Positions 1-12,100 of a stretch of 64,000 nt of DNA are shown here, one piece after another. The notes beneath the pieces are model-generated. The model did no database searches and was not told the DNA's origin. It worked only from the letters and a program-made list of their open reading frames with translations. This stretch comes from Paraspadella gotoi (taxonomy: Eukaryota > Animalia > Chaetognatha): assembly GCA_051294375.1 (NCBI GenBank), contig CM119265.1, forward strand, positions 8,998,772 to 9,062,771. The letters are read 5' to 3'. The stretch's first letter is position 1; the number at the start of each line of letters is the position of its first letter. The translations under genes were made by a program, and so were the position numbers.

Positions 1-112
1 AAAACGAACTTGACGTCGAAGTAAAATCTCGTTAAATCCCTAAAAAAAATTTATTGCGATTCGATTTATGACTGAAAAACCGAAACGCAAATGTCCAAAT
101 GATTTTTAAAGT

Positions 113-146
113 GCTCTCTCTCTCACTCTCTTTCTCTCTCTCTCTC

Positions 147-177
<31 letters not shown>

Positions 178-284
178 GGGTTTCTCGGGACCTGTCCCAT
201 TCCCTTGCTTTTCCACAGCTTCAAGTCCTTTATCTTCAGTAGCCTATCTTATGTCTTTTCATCTCTCTCTCCTCTCTTCCATCT

Positions 285-362
<78 letters not shown>
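113..362. repeat. (CT)n microsatellite cluster
   Basis: Long interrupted CT dinucleotide runs. Similar (CT/GA)n tracts occur at ~1295-1377, 5040-5125, 9090-9160, 32323-32376, 34640-34753, 35015-35115, 39687-39848 and 40375-40460. Confidence 0.95.
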
Positions 363-1330
363 TCTCATCCTTTGACCTTCCGCTGCATCTTTCGACTCCA
401 TATTTTATTGTGACGTTGGCGTCCTAATAATGGCTCTGTCACCGCGGCGAGGGAGCAATGGAGAGGAGGAAGAGGAAGAGGAGGGGGGGAAAGGAAAAGA
501 AAGGGAATAAAGAGAAAGAGGATTGGTGGTGAGGTCCGATCCAAAGTAGTTTGAGATCAAAAGCAAAGTAAACAAAAAGCAACAAATCATTTTAAAAGAC
601 CCAAATATTTATTAAAGGTTATTTGTTTTAATGCTTGAGCTCCGAGGGTGGGTCACTTATAAACATGTGCGATTTTATACCAAAAGAGATCAGGTAACAT
701 CCGGGGAGTAGAAAGGATACATTTTAAAGGTTCATCCTTCGTTTATATCCCGAAAGTCGAGAGAAGACGACAGGAAAAGTGGATCAGAGTTCGTAACTGT
801 CGCCAGCGTCGCCTGTCGTTCGGACTTCGAAACTTGGCAATTGCCGTTCGTGGATGCCAGTTTGGGGCTAATTTTTCTTAGGAAGCTGACCACCGAAAAC
901 TCCCCTACATCTGCATTTATTATTATTGATTTTGTCGGTTTTTGCCGATCGCCACTAAAAAATTCCCCGCGTTGGCCGATTGGGGCAAAATATTCTAGAG
1001 CTTAAAGGAGGATTAATTTGCTTTTAACGAAAGGCAAGCAGCGAGGGATAATTAGGCGAGGTATGTTCGGCTCGACCAACGAGGAATTTCGGCAGTGTTG
1101 GGGGTAAGGTTTGGGAGATATAAGGGTGGAGGCGGTGAGTGAGGGGGGTGGGCGAATTCGACGCCAACGAAGATGGCGCTGTTGGCGACGGCGCGACGGG
1201 CGGCGGTCTTTGCGACTCATTCGGGACTTCCGCTCAACTGAATTCCAAGAAAAATGACGACGCCACTCTGTGAGCCGAGACGTCTGATTCCCGTCTCTCT
1301 CTCTCTCTCTCTCTCTCTTCTCTTCTCTCT

Positions 1331-1361
<31 letters not shown>

Positions 1362-2112
1362 ATCTCTTCTCTCTCTTACTTCACGGGTTTCAAGGGATTT
1401 CTGCTTTCACCTTTTCGATTTCTCTCTCCTCGAAATTAAAAACGGAGAAACTTCGTAGTCATCAGCGATGGTTGTCGTGGTCGTTGTTGTTGTCGTCGTC
1501 GTCGTCGTCGTCGTCGTTGACGTCATCGTAGTTTTCTTTAATCGACGTCATCCTCGCTTCAAATATCGCATAAAACAAAAAATGAGTTATTGATGATATC
1601 TTTACAAATATTTCTCTTTCTAATGGTATTTAACTTTACACACATTTATCACAAAATAAACAACATTCAACCTTTTATCAACTGTAATACATTTTTTTTA
1701 ATAGGTTAAGATTATAAACGAGGTACTTAAGCTAGCATTCTATAGTATTATCAATATATGAAAATGGCAATTGTTTTACACATTAGATAACATTTTATAT
1801 ATATATTAAGTTATATTTAATCTAAGTAATTATAATTCTTAATAACTGGTCTTATTAAACATTTTATATTATACTCTTCTGGAAAGGAAATAGAAGGGAA
1901 TCGACATACAACACAAAGTTATATAGATATATATTTACATTGATCGTCTCAATTTGATACACACAAAGATACAAATATGGCCGCCATTCGATCTTTATTC
2001 TCTGAACGAGCGCCACCTTTTCTTCCTCTCGTCTCGAGGAAAAGAGAGACGAATCGTCGCGACGTTTGTCATCGACGTCGTTGACGTCTTTGTCGTCGTC
2101 GACGGCGTCTCG

Positions 2113-2126
2113 GTTGCCAAGGTAAC
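2113..2126. promoter_or_regulatory. RFX X-box-like palindrome with adjacent TCACGTGA E-boxes
   Basis: GTTGCCAAGGTAAC matches 12/14 of the X-box consensus GTTGCCATGGCAAC. TCACGTGA at 2133-2140 and TCACGTGACGTC at 2179-2190, all in a CpG-rich non-coding stretch. Confidence 0.45.
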
Positions 2127-3045
2127 GGTCGATCACGTGACGCTCTCTCTCTCTCGCGCGATTCCCTTTTCTTCGAAATCACGTGACGTCGAAGAAAATT
2201 ACATTCAATCTTCGCCGCGTTCGAGTCTCGGGAGCGAAAGAGGAGGAGGAGGAGGAGGAGGAGGAGGTGGTGGTGAAGTGGGAGAGAAATGAAGGAAAGA
2301 CAAGGAGAGATGGATAACCATGTGGATGAAGAGAGAGAGGGAATGGGGAGAGGAAATGTAATCTGGTCCGTCTGTATCGAAGTAACGTTTTCGTTTCCAA
2401 ATAACGCTATAACGTTAGTAATGCTATAGTATGAGTTAAACTCGCCATTATCTTTGTTCGTTTGTCTCTTTAAAGGCATAAAAATTTAAAGGGTTTTTAC
2501 TTTTCTTCCACTCGCGTTTCTTCCCGTTTTCCACGATGGAGGATTGGAGCTCGTTTCCTTTTTATTACGCGAGGGGGAGCGGTGGATATGAGAGAGAGAA
2601 AAAGAGAAAAGGGGGGGAGGTGGAGTGGGGGAAGATACGAGCGTAAAATCGGGAAACATTGTTTCCGTTTTAAAGTCGTAAATCACGACGACGTTGGAAA
2701 AGACGATTACGACGACGGTGACGACGATGAAGACGACGACGCCGCAGTTACGAACCCCACGACCGAGAAAGTTTTTTCCGCGCCAAAATTTAAATCAAAT
2801 CGTAAGGATTTGACGAGGTTCGAAGGTTTCGATGGAATGGAGGCTGAGAACTGAGAAGGCGTCAGGGAAGGGAAGGGGGTGGATGGGTTAAGATCTCCCC
2901 TATTACATAAATAAACCAAAAAAAATACCAAACACGAAATACAACAATAAGCTAAAATCACAACGAAATAGCGGAAAATCACGAACTTCTTTCTTTGATT
3001 TTAATAATAAAACTATCTTACCCCCCCCCCAAATTTCTCTTACAG

Positions 3046-4555
3046 ACGCCCTCCTCGATGACGAGACTTCGAGTCTTTACGGCGACGCTCCGTCGGCGAT
3101 GGAACCAACGAGTCCGAGAGCCATCAACATGGCCGCACCTCACCCAACTCCGGGACCTCCTCATGGTAAGTTCGATACCGTGGGTGCGTACAGTTAAAAC
3201 TTGAACTTTATAATCATTGCGGGGTGCCTTTGAAAGAGCGTAGAACTTTCGAATAAGACAATAAAAAACAACAAAAAATAAAATAAACACAATTAAACCT
3301 CGTTTTTCGGATAATTCACTGGCTTGCCGTTCTTGACAAATAGCACTTTCCCTTTTCAGGTTTGCATCCTTCTCCCACTGGCGGGCCGTCGGGTCCACCC
3401 GTGGGCGGACTGTTTGGGCTCGGGGGCGGGTCCGGCCCCTACGGCCCCCCTCCTCCTTACCCCATGGGCGGGCCTCCTCATCACGGCGTGACACCGCCAC
3501 CGCCCAACGCTCAATCGTCGTTACTGGGTGAGACTGTGAATAGATCATAATCCTGATCATATTAAAATTACATTAAACTAAATAATAAAATACTGTTTGA
3601 ACTTATGTGATTCAGGTTTCGACTTGCTGGGCCCGTCGTCGGGCGGGTTAGGCCCGGGCATCACCCCCCATCCGCTCGTCAGCCTCCACCACATCGCCCC
3701 ATTCGGCAACGGCAGAAACTCCCCTCAATCAAGCGGCGCTCTTTCAGGTCAAGACCGATAGTCATATAGTCGCATAGTAACATATTCACATAGACTCATA
3801 GAATGAGATCCAGGGTTGTAAGTAGACGAGAGTGTGAGATTCAGTTTGGCAAGTTTTGGTTTGGAGGATTCATCAATAGAGAAAGAGGAAATTAATTTAT
3901 TTGATTTGCTCAATTATCCGACAAAAGCGAGAAAGAGACTTAATTATTTATTAATTATTTATTTAATCAACGTATGAATTCCTCTTCATGCTCAGTTGCC
4001 AGAGATTAGAATCCGTAGTTTCCAACTAGTACTAAATTACAGAAGGAGAAAATTACGTATTAATTCGATCTGGCACGATCGTTGTTAAATAGATATTAAC
4101 TTTTGCAGAAATATATAATTATGTATATAGGAATATATATATATAATTATGAATAAAAGTATTAAAATTAATCTTCCTCCACAGGTGCCACAGATTTGCG
4201 CATCAACGGTGCATCGACTCCCGGCGGTCTCGGGTCCGGCGGAAGAGGCGGAGGCGGCGGCGGCGGTGGTGGCGGCGTGGGCAGCGGTTTCTCTTCTCTC
4301 TCCGGATCGCCCGGCGGTCCGTCCGACCCTTACCCTCCGCCCGGGGTCGGTCCCCGGTTCCCCGTCGGCGGCGGGGGCGGAGTTGGCGCCCCGCCCTCTA
4401 TGACTCCGCCGCCGACGCACCTGCTGCCGACGCACCACTCCGGCAACCCTTGGCTCGACGTCGACGCCGATCCCACCATGGGGTTGAGGGGCGCGGATTC
4501 GCCCAGCATGGGGCCGGGGCTGGTGCCCCCGGCCGGCTCGGCCGGCTCCTTTTAG
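3046..4555 (+). CDS. 3' exons of a Pro/Gly/Ser-rich protein, probable transcription-factor C-terminus (possibly Lhx3/4-type LIM homeobox); 5' exons not found in window
   Basis: Four exons with GT-AG boundaries, all phase 1 and in frame: 3046-3165, 3360-3527, 3616-3747, 4185-4555 (DALLDDETSSLYGD...GATDLRING...NPWLDVDAD...GSF*). Family call rests only on loose resemblance to the Lhx3 C-terminus (..LYG.., WLDEVD). Confidence 0.6.
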
Positions 4556-5038
4556 GAAAAAAAACAGCCCCACCAAAAAGACAATACAAAAACAAAAAGG
4601 GAACGCGATGGAACAAAACGAAACAATATATAGATATTAGATTAAAACAAAAGTCAAATCGTCAACAGCGGCTGGCGCCATCTTTCTAACTTTTACTTTA
4701 CTTAAAAAACAAACCAAAACAAAAGATCGCGAAACGGATTTCGTGTGACGCGAGCGACGCGCCAAGCGTAACGCAACGCGAAAACGCATGCCCGAAAACC
4801 GAGGCGCCTATGGGCGTGGCGGCATCGCTCGGAAAAAAAAGTGAAGCCCAAAGATGATCTCTTTGCCGAAACAAAATCTCTGGAATGGAATCGTTCCAAT
4901 TAGTTATCGTTATCCTCGAATTCACGAGGACGGTGCTGCTTTTTTTTATTCTTTTTTTATAATTTCTCGGTCTTTTATTTTTTTACTTTGCCTCTATTTC
5001 TCCATCTCTGCTTTTGTTTCTACATAATTTGTAAAATG

Positions 5039-5073
<35 letters not shown>

Positions 5074-6706
5074 GTCTTGTCTCTTCTCTCTCTCTCTCTC
5101 ATCTCTCACTCTCTTCTTCTCTCCTTCCCTCCCAATTTTATTATTTTTATTACATATGATTAACTTTCAAAACCTGTTTTGTTCAAATACCTGACATATC
5201 TTCTTAATTCTGTGATTTTTCGACCCACCATTTTTTTAAGATAGTGAAGCAAGCGTTGACAAATAATCAAAACTATATAAAATAATATAAGAACTAGTGG
5301 TAAAATTTACTTGTGAGGCAATATGAATAAAAACATAATTATTACTGTCGAAATTTGAAAAGAAAATTGTAGAAAGGTAATTGTAGAAGGAATTTAAATA
5401 ACAAAATACTTCTGATTTGTAAGCCACGTTCGATAACGAAATTCATAAATTATGTCTTTGTCGTTCCATTTTGCTTGTTTTTCGCCTCCTCCAAGCTAAA
5501 TTATTTAACATCCCGATACTGCGACAAAATTTCTTAACAGGGGGGGCATTTATTTTTCAACTCTCAATCTTTACACTGTTATTATTTATTTTTTATTTAT
5601 TCGGAGAGTAAATTAGTTTAGTATTTATGTTCGTAACGCTCGATCTCGTTCCTGCCAAATTAAAAAAAATTATTGACAATCTTGGATATTTTTGGTTCGC
5701 GAATGATTTCCTCTTTCAACATTGCGTTCTCAACCATTTCATTTCCATTTTCGATCGTCATTAATATTAATTTATTCTCTCTCTCTCGGTTTTTTTCTCT
5801 ATCTCTGCGACAAGAACGGTGAAATCTGAAATTTAAATTAATTTATCGTTACCTATTCCTTCTATTTAGAAACTTAGCTATCACTATGTTGTAAATTCCC
5901 TTGATCTCTCTTATTCCAAATGTCGAAAATGTATTTTAAAAATTGAATAAATCCGGACCCTCAATGCATATCAATTTTTGTCTCATTTTTCTCTAAAATG
6001 GATTAAAGGCCATAGGAATATAGGCCAGAGAAAAATAGTTTTTAAGCCTGTATTTTTTTAAAATGAATTGAGATAGTTTTTATTTTTGTTTAGTGTGTAC
6101 CGTGTAACTGACAAACAATAACAAAGTGGAAAATTTAACATAATTGTATTTGGTTTAGCAATTATAATCAAGTTTAAACGCAAAAAAAAGCAAGAAATAA
6201 CTTGATACAAAGCTAAACTTAGCACCATGTTTTGACAATAGTCGATTTAAGGACGCATTGGAAGTTTTTGAAAAATATTTGGAATGAATGGTAATTCTTT
6301 CATCCAAAAATTTGTGTTATCTGTTTTTGTATAACAGATACCGCAAATTATACCGTTAACTGTGAATAGAATGACGTTACTACTATTGCACAAATTGAAG
6401 ATGAGGTGGGGGCTAAAGATAAACTCTGAGGCGCTAATTATTATCAATATACCGGCGAAATTAGATTAAATGCTTTTGATTTATCAGAACTTTTTTCATA
6501 AATAAACAAAATACCTCTTACATCGTAGTTATCTCGCGAACGGTAGCAACTGCGATCAACATGACAGCTTAAAAAAATATACATTTTACAATTTACAATA
6601 AAAAAAATATGGATCGCAAACCTAACGTTCGGTTGGTAGAATTCGGAACATGCTTAACAATTTATTTGACGATATATGAACTACGCGAGAGCACGCGCCA
6701 AACATC

Positions 6707-9086
6707 TTACGGTCCTTTCACATTAGTCGCCACAGGGACATATGTGTTGCAGTTTCTACAAACGTCGGCGGGTCCCGCAGGGCCAGGGGGACCGAGCAGG
6801 CCAGGCAGGCCCCTATCGCCCATCAGGCCACGCGCGCCTGGCATGCCGTCGATACCAATTCCGGGCGCACCCGGAGGTCCCGGGGGACCATACTCGATCC
6901 CCGCCGGTCCTTCCAGCCCGACGCCAGCATCTCCCCGATCTCCTTCGGATCCAGGCAAACCAATTTCGCCCTGCGGTCCGGGCGAACCTTCCATGCCGGG
7001 TATGCCTTGCATGCCTTGACCCCCTGGCCGACCTGGCAAGCCCATGGCGCCGGGCAAGCCCTGCTGTCCTGGCGGACCTGTCGGTCCGGGTCGGCCCATG
7101 TTATCTTTTCCCGGTGCGCCGACGAGATCGGCGACCATGTCACGGATCCGCGCAGAGAGAACCCTCATAGCCAAATCGTAGATTTCCTTCTCCGTTGGAG
7201 CGGGGCCTGGCTGTCCAACAGAGCCTGTTCTTCCCCTAGAGCCAGAAGGACCCATTCGGCCTACGGCCCCTGAGGGACCTGCGGGGCCTGGTTCGCCCGG
7301 TTTACCGGGCCAGCCAAGGGGTCCTTTGGCTCCAGGTTGTCCACGCAATCCTAAGTGACCCATTGGACCCGGCGGTCCTGGTGGTCCCATGGGCCCGGGG
7401 AATCCATCAATGTTGAGTCCTCCGCCCGCCGGAAGTTCCGCGTCGTCGCCATCCGTTGTCGGTCCAGGCGGCCCTGCTGGACCAGCATCTCCAGTTGGGC
7501 CTTGAAGGCCCACTTGGCCCGGAGGTCCCGTGATTCCTGGGTCTCCCTTGCCGCCCTGAGGGCCCCGAGGACCTACAGGACCTTGAAGTCCCGGACCTCC
7601 GGACGCACCGTCGGGCCCGACGGGACCAGGAAACCCTGGCGTTCCTTTTGGGCCACGCGGACCTTGAAGACCACGAGCTCCTTCTTCTCCGGGGGATCCT
7701 GTTTCACCGGGTTCCCCTTGGATGCCTTGTTCGCCCTTGGCGCCTCTCGGGCCCGCCCCACCCGGGCGCCCGGCGCGACCCACGAGACCCGACTCTCCTG
7801 GGATCCCTCTGGGACCGGCAGGTCCAGGAGGGCCGGGCTTTCCGCGTCGACCTAAATAAAATATTGAACATGTTAATAATTTAATAATTTAATAATTTAA
7901 TTTAATCGATTTAGAAAAAATTATATACACCTATTAGGTGGCGTGACAAGAAGTTGAACTATGATTATAATATTATATTAGTTGTAATAATTTTATAAAC
8001 AATAAAAAGGTTTATAATATAAATTTGTTGTACTTTTGTACAGAGGACATACTATGTATATGGATCGGACAATCATAAACAAAAGAACACTCGTCGTCTT
8101 GGTTCATCCTTACCTCCTCTGCCCCCGAATCCTGGGTCTCCACGTTCTCCCCTATCACCCGGCCCTGACGAGTCACCGGCCTCGCCCTTAGGACCCCTCG
8201 TCCCCTCTGGCCCGGGCCTGCCGGGATCGCCTTTGCGTCCGTCGCGACCTGGAGTTCCCGGCGCGCCCATGTCGCCGCGATCTCCCGGAGTTCCGGCGTC
8301 GCCCGATTCGCCCTTCGGGCCGCTGAGACCTGGCGCGCCGTCGTAGCCGTCAGAGCCCGGCGGGCCTTCGGGGCCGGCCTCACCCTGCTCTCCCTGGGAG
8401 CCGGGGTCTCCCCGACGACCGCGGCGTCCTGAGGTTATCAAGAGAGTAAGTTCAAGTGTAAGATTCGCCACAATATCATTATTATTATTATTATTATTAT
8501 TAATATAACACTAATATTATTATTCTTTAATTATTATTTAAATATGTCTCACTTACCCAACTCTCCTTCTTGACCGGGTTCTCCAGGAATCCCAGGAGCG
8601 CCATCCAGTCCGTCTTCGCCGTCGGGTCCAGGCGGGCCGGGAGGGCCTGAAAGGGCGAGGAAATAAGTATATTATAGGGCTACTGATTAACCACAACAAC
8701 AACAACAACTCACCTGTTAAGTCTCCGCTTTCGTCGATGACGTCACCGGGCAGACCCTTGAATCCCTGCTCTCCTAATTCGCCCTGCTCTCCCTGGGGAC
8801 CCGGTCTTCCCCTGGGTCCGATGTTTCCCCGCTCTCCTTGTTGTCCCCGTTCTCCGTCCTCTCCCTTCGATCCTTCGGGACCTCGGGGCCCCCGGGGTCC
8901 CCTAGTGCCGGGCGGGCCAGGGTCTCCAAGTTGGCCAGTCTCACCCTTGGGTCCAGGGCGTCCTGAAAAAAAATTAAGAGATTTTTCTGTTTTGAAATGT
9001 AATTTAATAATAGGAATAAGTCTCAAAGTAAGAAGCAAAAAGTAACTGACTACAATTATAACCGTCTGATATCCTACGAATAAGAA

Positions 9087-9150
<64 letters not shown>

Positions 9151-12100
9151 CTCTATCTTCTCTCGGTGATTGATAGAAAAAGCAAAATGTAAAAGCCGAT
9201 TGAAAAATTTTCGCAAGGAAAATATTAAAATATCATATATACGAATGCAGGAAAAATTGGCAAACAAAAGTGGTAGGCCCCAAGCGCGCTGCGACTNNNN
9301 NNNNNNAAGCAGCGAAACCAAGAAAAAAAAAACAGTCAATCGGGAAATAGTTTTAAAAATCCGTTTTCTCGGACAGGATTTTCTTACAGATCGAAATTTT
9401 GGTATCCAGAGATACGGTTATTAAAAAAAAAATGTCTAAAAAGCCAAAAGGAAACGGAAATGCTTTGGATTTCCGAAAAAAAAAAACTCTTCTTAACTTA
9501 CCGCCTTAAAACCACATAAGTGGTCATCGATGAAAAAATGTAAGGTAAAAATGAACTGCGAATTCCAGCGTAAGATGATAAGACACTATTCATGAGTCTG
9601 ATGATGTAATAAAACCGTTTACATTTTTTAAAAGATTTATTTTGAGAAGCTTTGAAAGTAAAGGTAAATACAGTCCTGTGTAAAAAAAAGGCCACCCTAA
9701 AACATTGCATAAATAAATTATATTTAATTCATTTATTATAAAATATATTATAAGTTAATAATATTTATAAAAAAACTATTTGTACAAATTTTATAAAAAT
9801 TTGGCTATCTATTTGCAAGTAATAATTTTTTTCAAAATAACTACTCAAACAGACCTATAAAACAGAAAAAAATTGATAGATTTTTAACCTTATGTGTTTA
9901 AGGTACCATAGCACTTTTGACTTATATGTATAAATTCTACTTATAAAAATCTATATTTACCATTTATCATTTAATATAATAAGAGTATAAAACGTACGTT
10001 ATTTAATACATACGAGTAGCCTTTTTTTTATGCACAGGAGTGTCGTGTTAACACAGGGTGTAGAACGAAATAGAAGATCGGTGAAGAAATGACGATAAAA
10101 TAAACCAAAAGGGATATTTTGGGATTGATAAGAAACTGACGAGAGGAGCCGATGGGAGAATATATTTATGGTAATAATACATACTGAGGTGAAAAAAATA
10201 AACATGAAAAAAGATGTTCTATGTACTAAAAATAATATATTTTTTTGCCTATTTCGATTTTACTCGAAAAGTTTCACCTTCTACTCCGTCTGCGTCGTCG
10301 GTAGAAACAACGACAACTAAATTAACCGTTAAACAGTTTTAAACAAAAACAAACAATGGTTAATTAGCGAAACGACGATTTGGTCGTCAAAAATGAAAGT
10401 ATACATAGGAAAAAAGAAAATATCGATTAGTTAATTTAGTTTTCTTTTAAAATTTGTTATTGTTATTGAACGAGCAACGGTCGTCCCTGGTTAATCAATA
10501 ATAATCACAACATTTGTTAGAACTTTAATTTATTTTAAACACATGTGGGCCTCATCCTACCGACTTACCCGCTTCTCCGGGCACGCCCTTCGGCCCTCGG
10601 TCACCGACGTTTCCTTGACTGCCTTCTTCGCCCCTCTGACCCGGTTGGCCCGGCAGGCCCGGGCCTCCCTTCGGCCCGAGCGGGCCGGGCTGTCCTCGAT
10701 CGCCCCTGGCCCCCGCATCGCCCTCAGCTCCGTTTTCACCCGGCAGTCCGGGCAGGCCACGGTCTCCGGCCTCGCCACGAGCGCCAGCGTCTCCGCGGTC
10801 GCCCGACTCGCCCTCACGACCGAAATCGCCCGATCGTCCCTTGGGACCGACGGGCCCGCGGGGTCCCTGTTCGCCCTGTTCGCCCTGATCACCCTGTTCC
10901 CCTTGCGGGCCTGGAGGGCAAACCTAAATAAAGAAAAGGAAGTTTGGAATGCGCCTTAAAAGTCGAGGTCCGTCATTGTTGTGCTGCCCTATCTGATGGC
11001 TAACCGAAATCATTTTTTACTTTGCCATGCTGCTAACTAATATCCGAACTTACCCTGCATTCCTGCGATCTCGGGCTTTGCGCCTGAATGTCGTTTCGGT
11101 TTTTGAGTTCCGAACACTTGTCTCGTTCGCCGCGAGTCGGGTTGCAGTGGAGCTCGAGCCATTGCAGGTCGAGGATCACCGTTTTCCTGCGCGATTGTTT
11201 AAGGTTAAATATTGTTCTCAACATTTGGTAATAAGCTTTCATTTTAATGTTTTAATGTTTTAAAATCTCTTACTTTATTATTAGTATTATCAAACCTGTC
11301 GTCGACGGCCTTTGCCATGGCGATCTTCCCGGAGATGTCAATGGTGCCCTGTAACGGAACCGTCTGAGTCTCGATGGCTTCGCAGTCGATGTAGAGAGTC
11401 ACCGACTCGGGTTTCACGGTGATGTGAATCTTGTGCCAGTCGCCGTCGAAGAGGCGGCTGGTTTGGCTCCTGGAGGATTGGATTTCGAGGAGAACATCGA
11501 TCATTCAATCAATGAATCAATCAATAAACCAATAATTAAATTATTAAATCAATCAATCAATCAATCTATCAATCAAATAACCTGAAATTAATTTCGGCCA
11601 ATCGACCGTCAAAATCTCTGTAGTAATAAGTGATGGAGTTGTCGGTGGCGCCGTTGACTTGAAGACCGAATTGAAGGGTGGGTTTCGGCGTTGTCGAGTC
11701 CTCGATCCGGAGAAGATGCCAGTCCGCTCCCTGAGGCGATGAGTGAATATCAAGGATTTATAATTTGTTTTTGAGGACGACACCGCCGGAACTCCCAGCT
11801 AGCAGTACGTCTCTACCTCCACGCGGTTCTATCGGGAACATCCTTTCGGATGGCAAAAGAGACGGGAGGCTCAAGCAAACAAGGAGAAGGAAAAGCCGAA
11901 AGGCGGAATCCCGATCTGTTTTCTTGGGAAACGGAGTGGGCCAGGCCAAGCCGATCTGGTCAGTGGTCACCTCCCCCCTCTTCCTTCCCTTCCCAAATCC
12001 CCTGCCCCCTTCCCCCTCTCTCCCTATTTTCCACTATCTTTCCCCACCCTTTTTTAAAAAACAGTCTGGCTGCAGCCTCTGAAGACACTGTTGTCTGCTA

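Noticed and set aside
6609-9045. Plus-strand ORFs overlapping the collagen exons
   Set aside because: Antisense and alternate-frame shadows of GC-rich Gly-X-Y codons.
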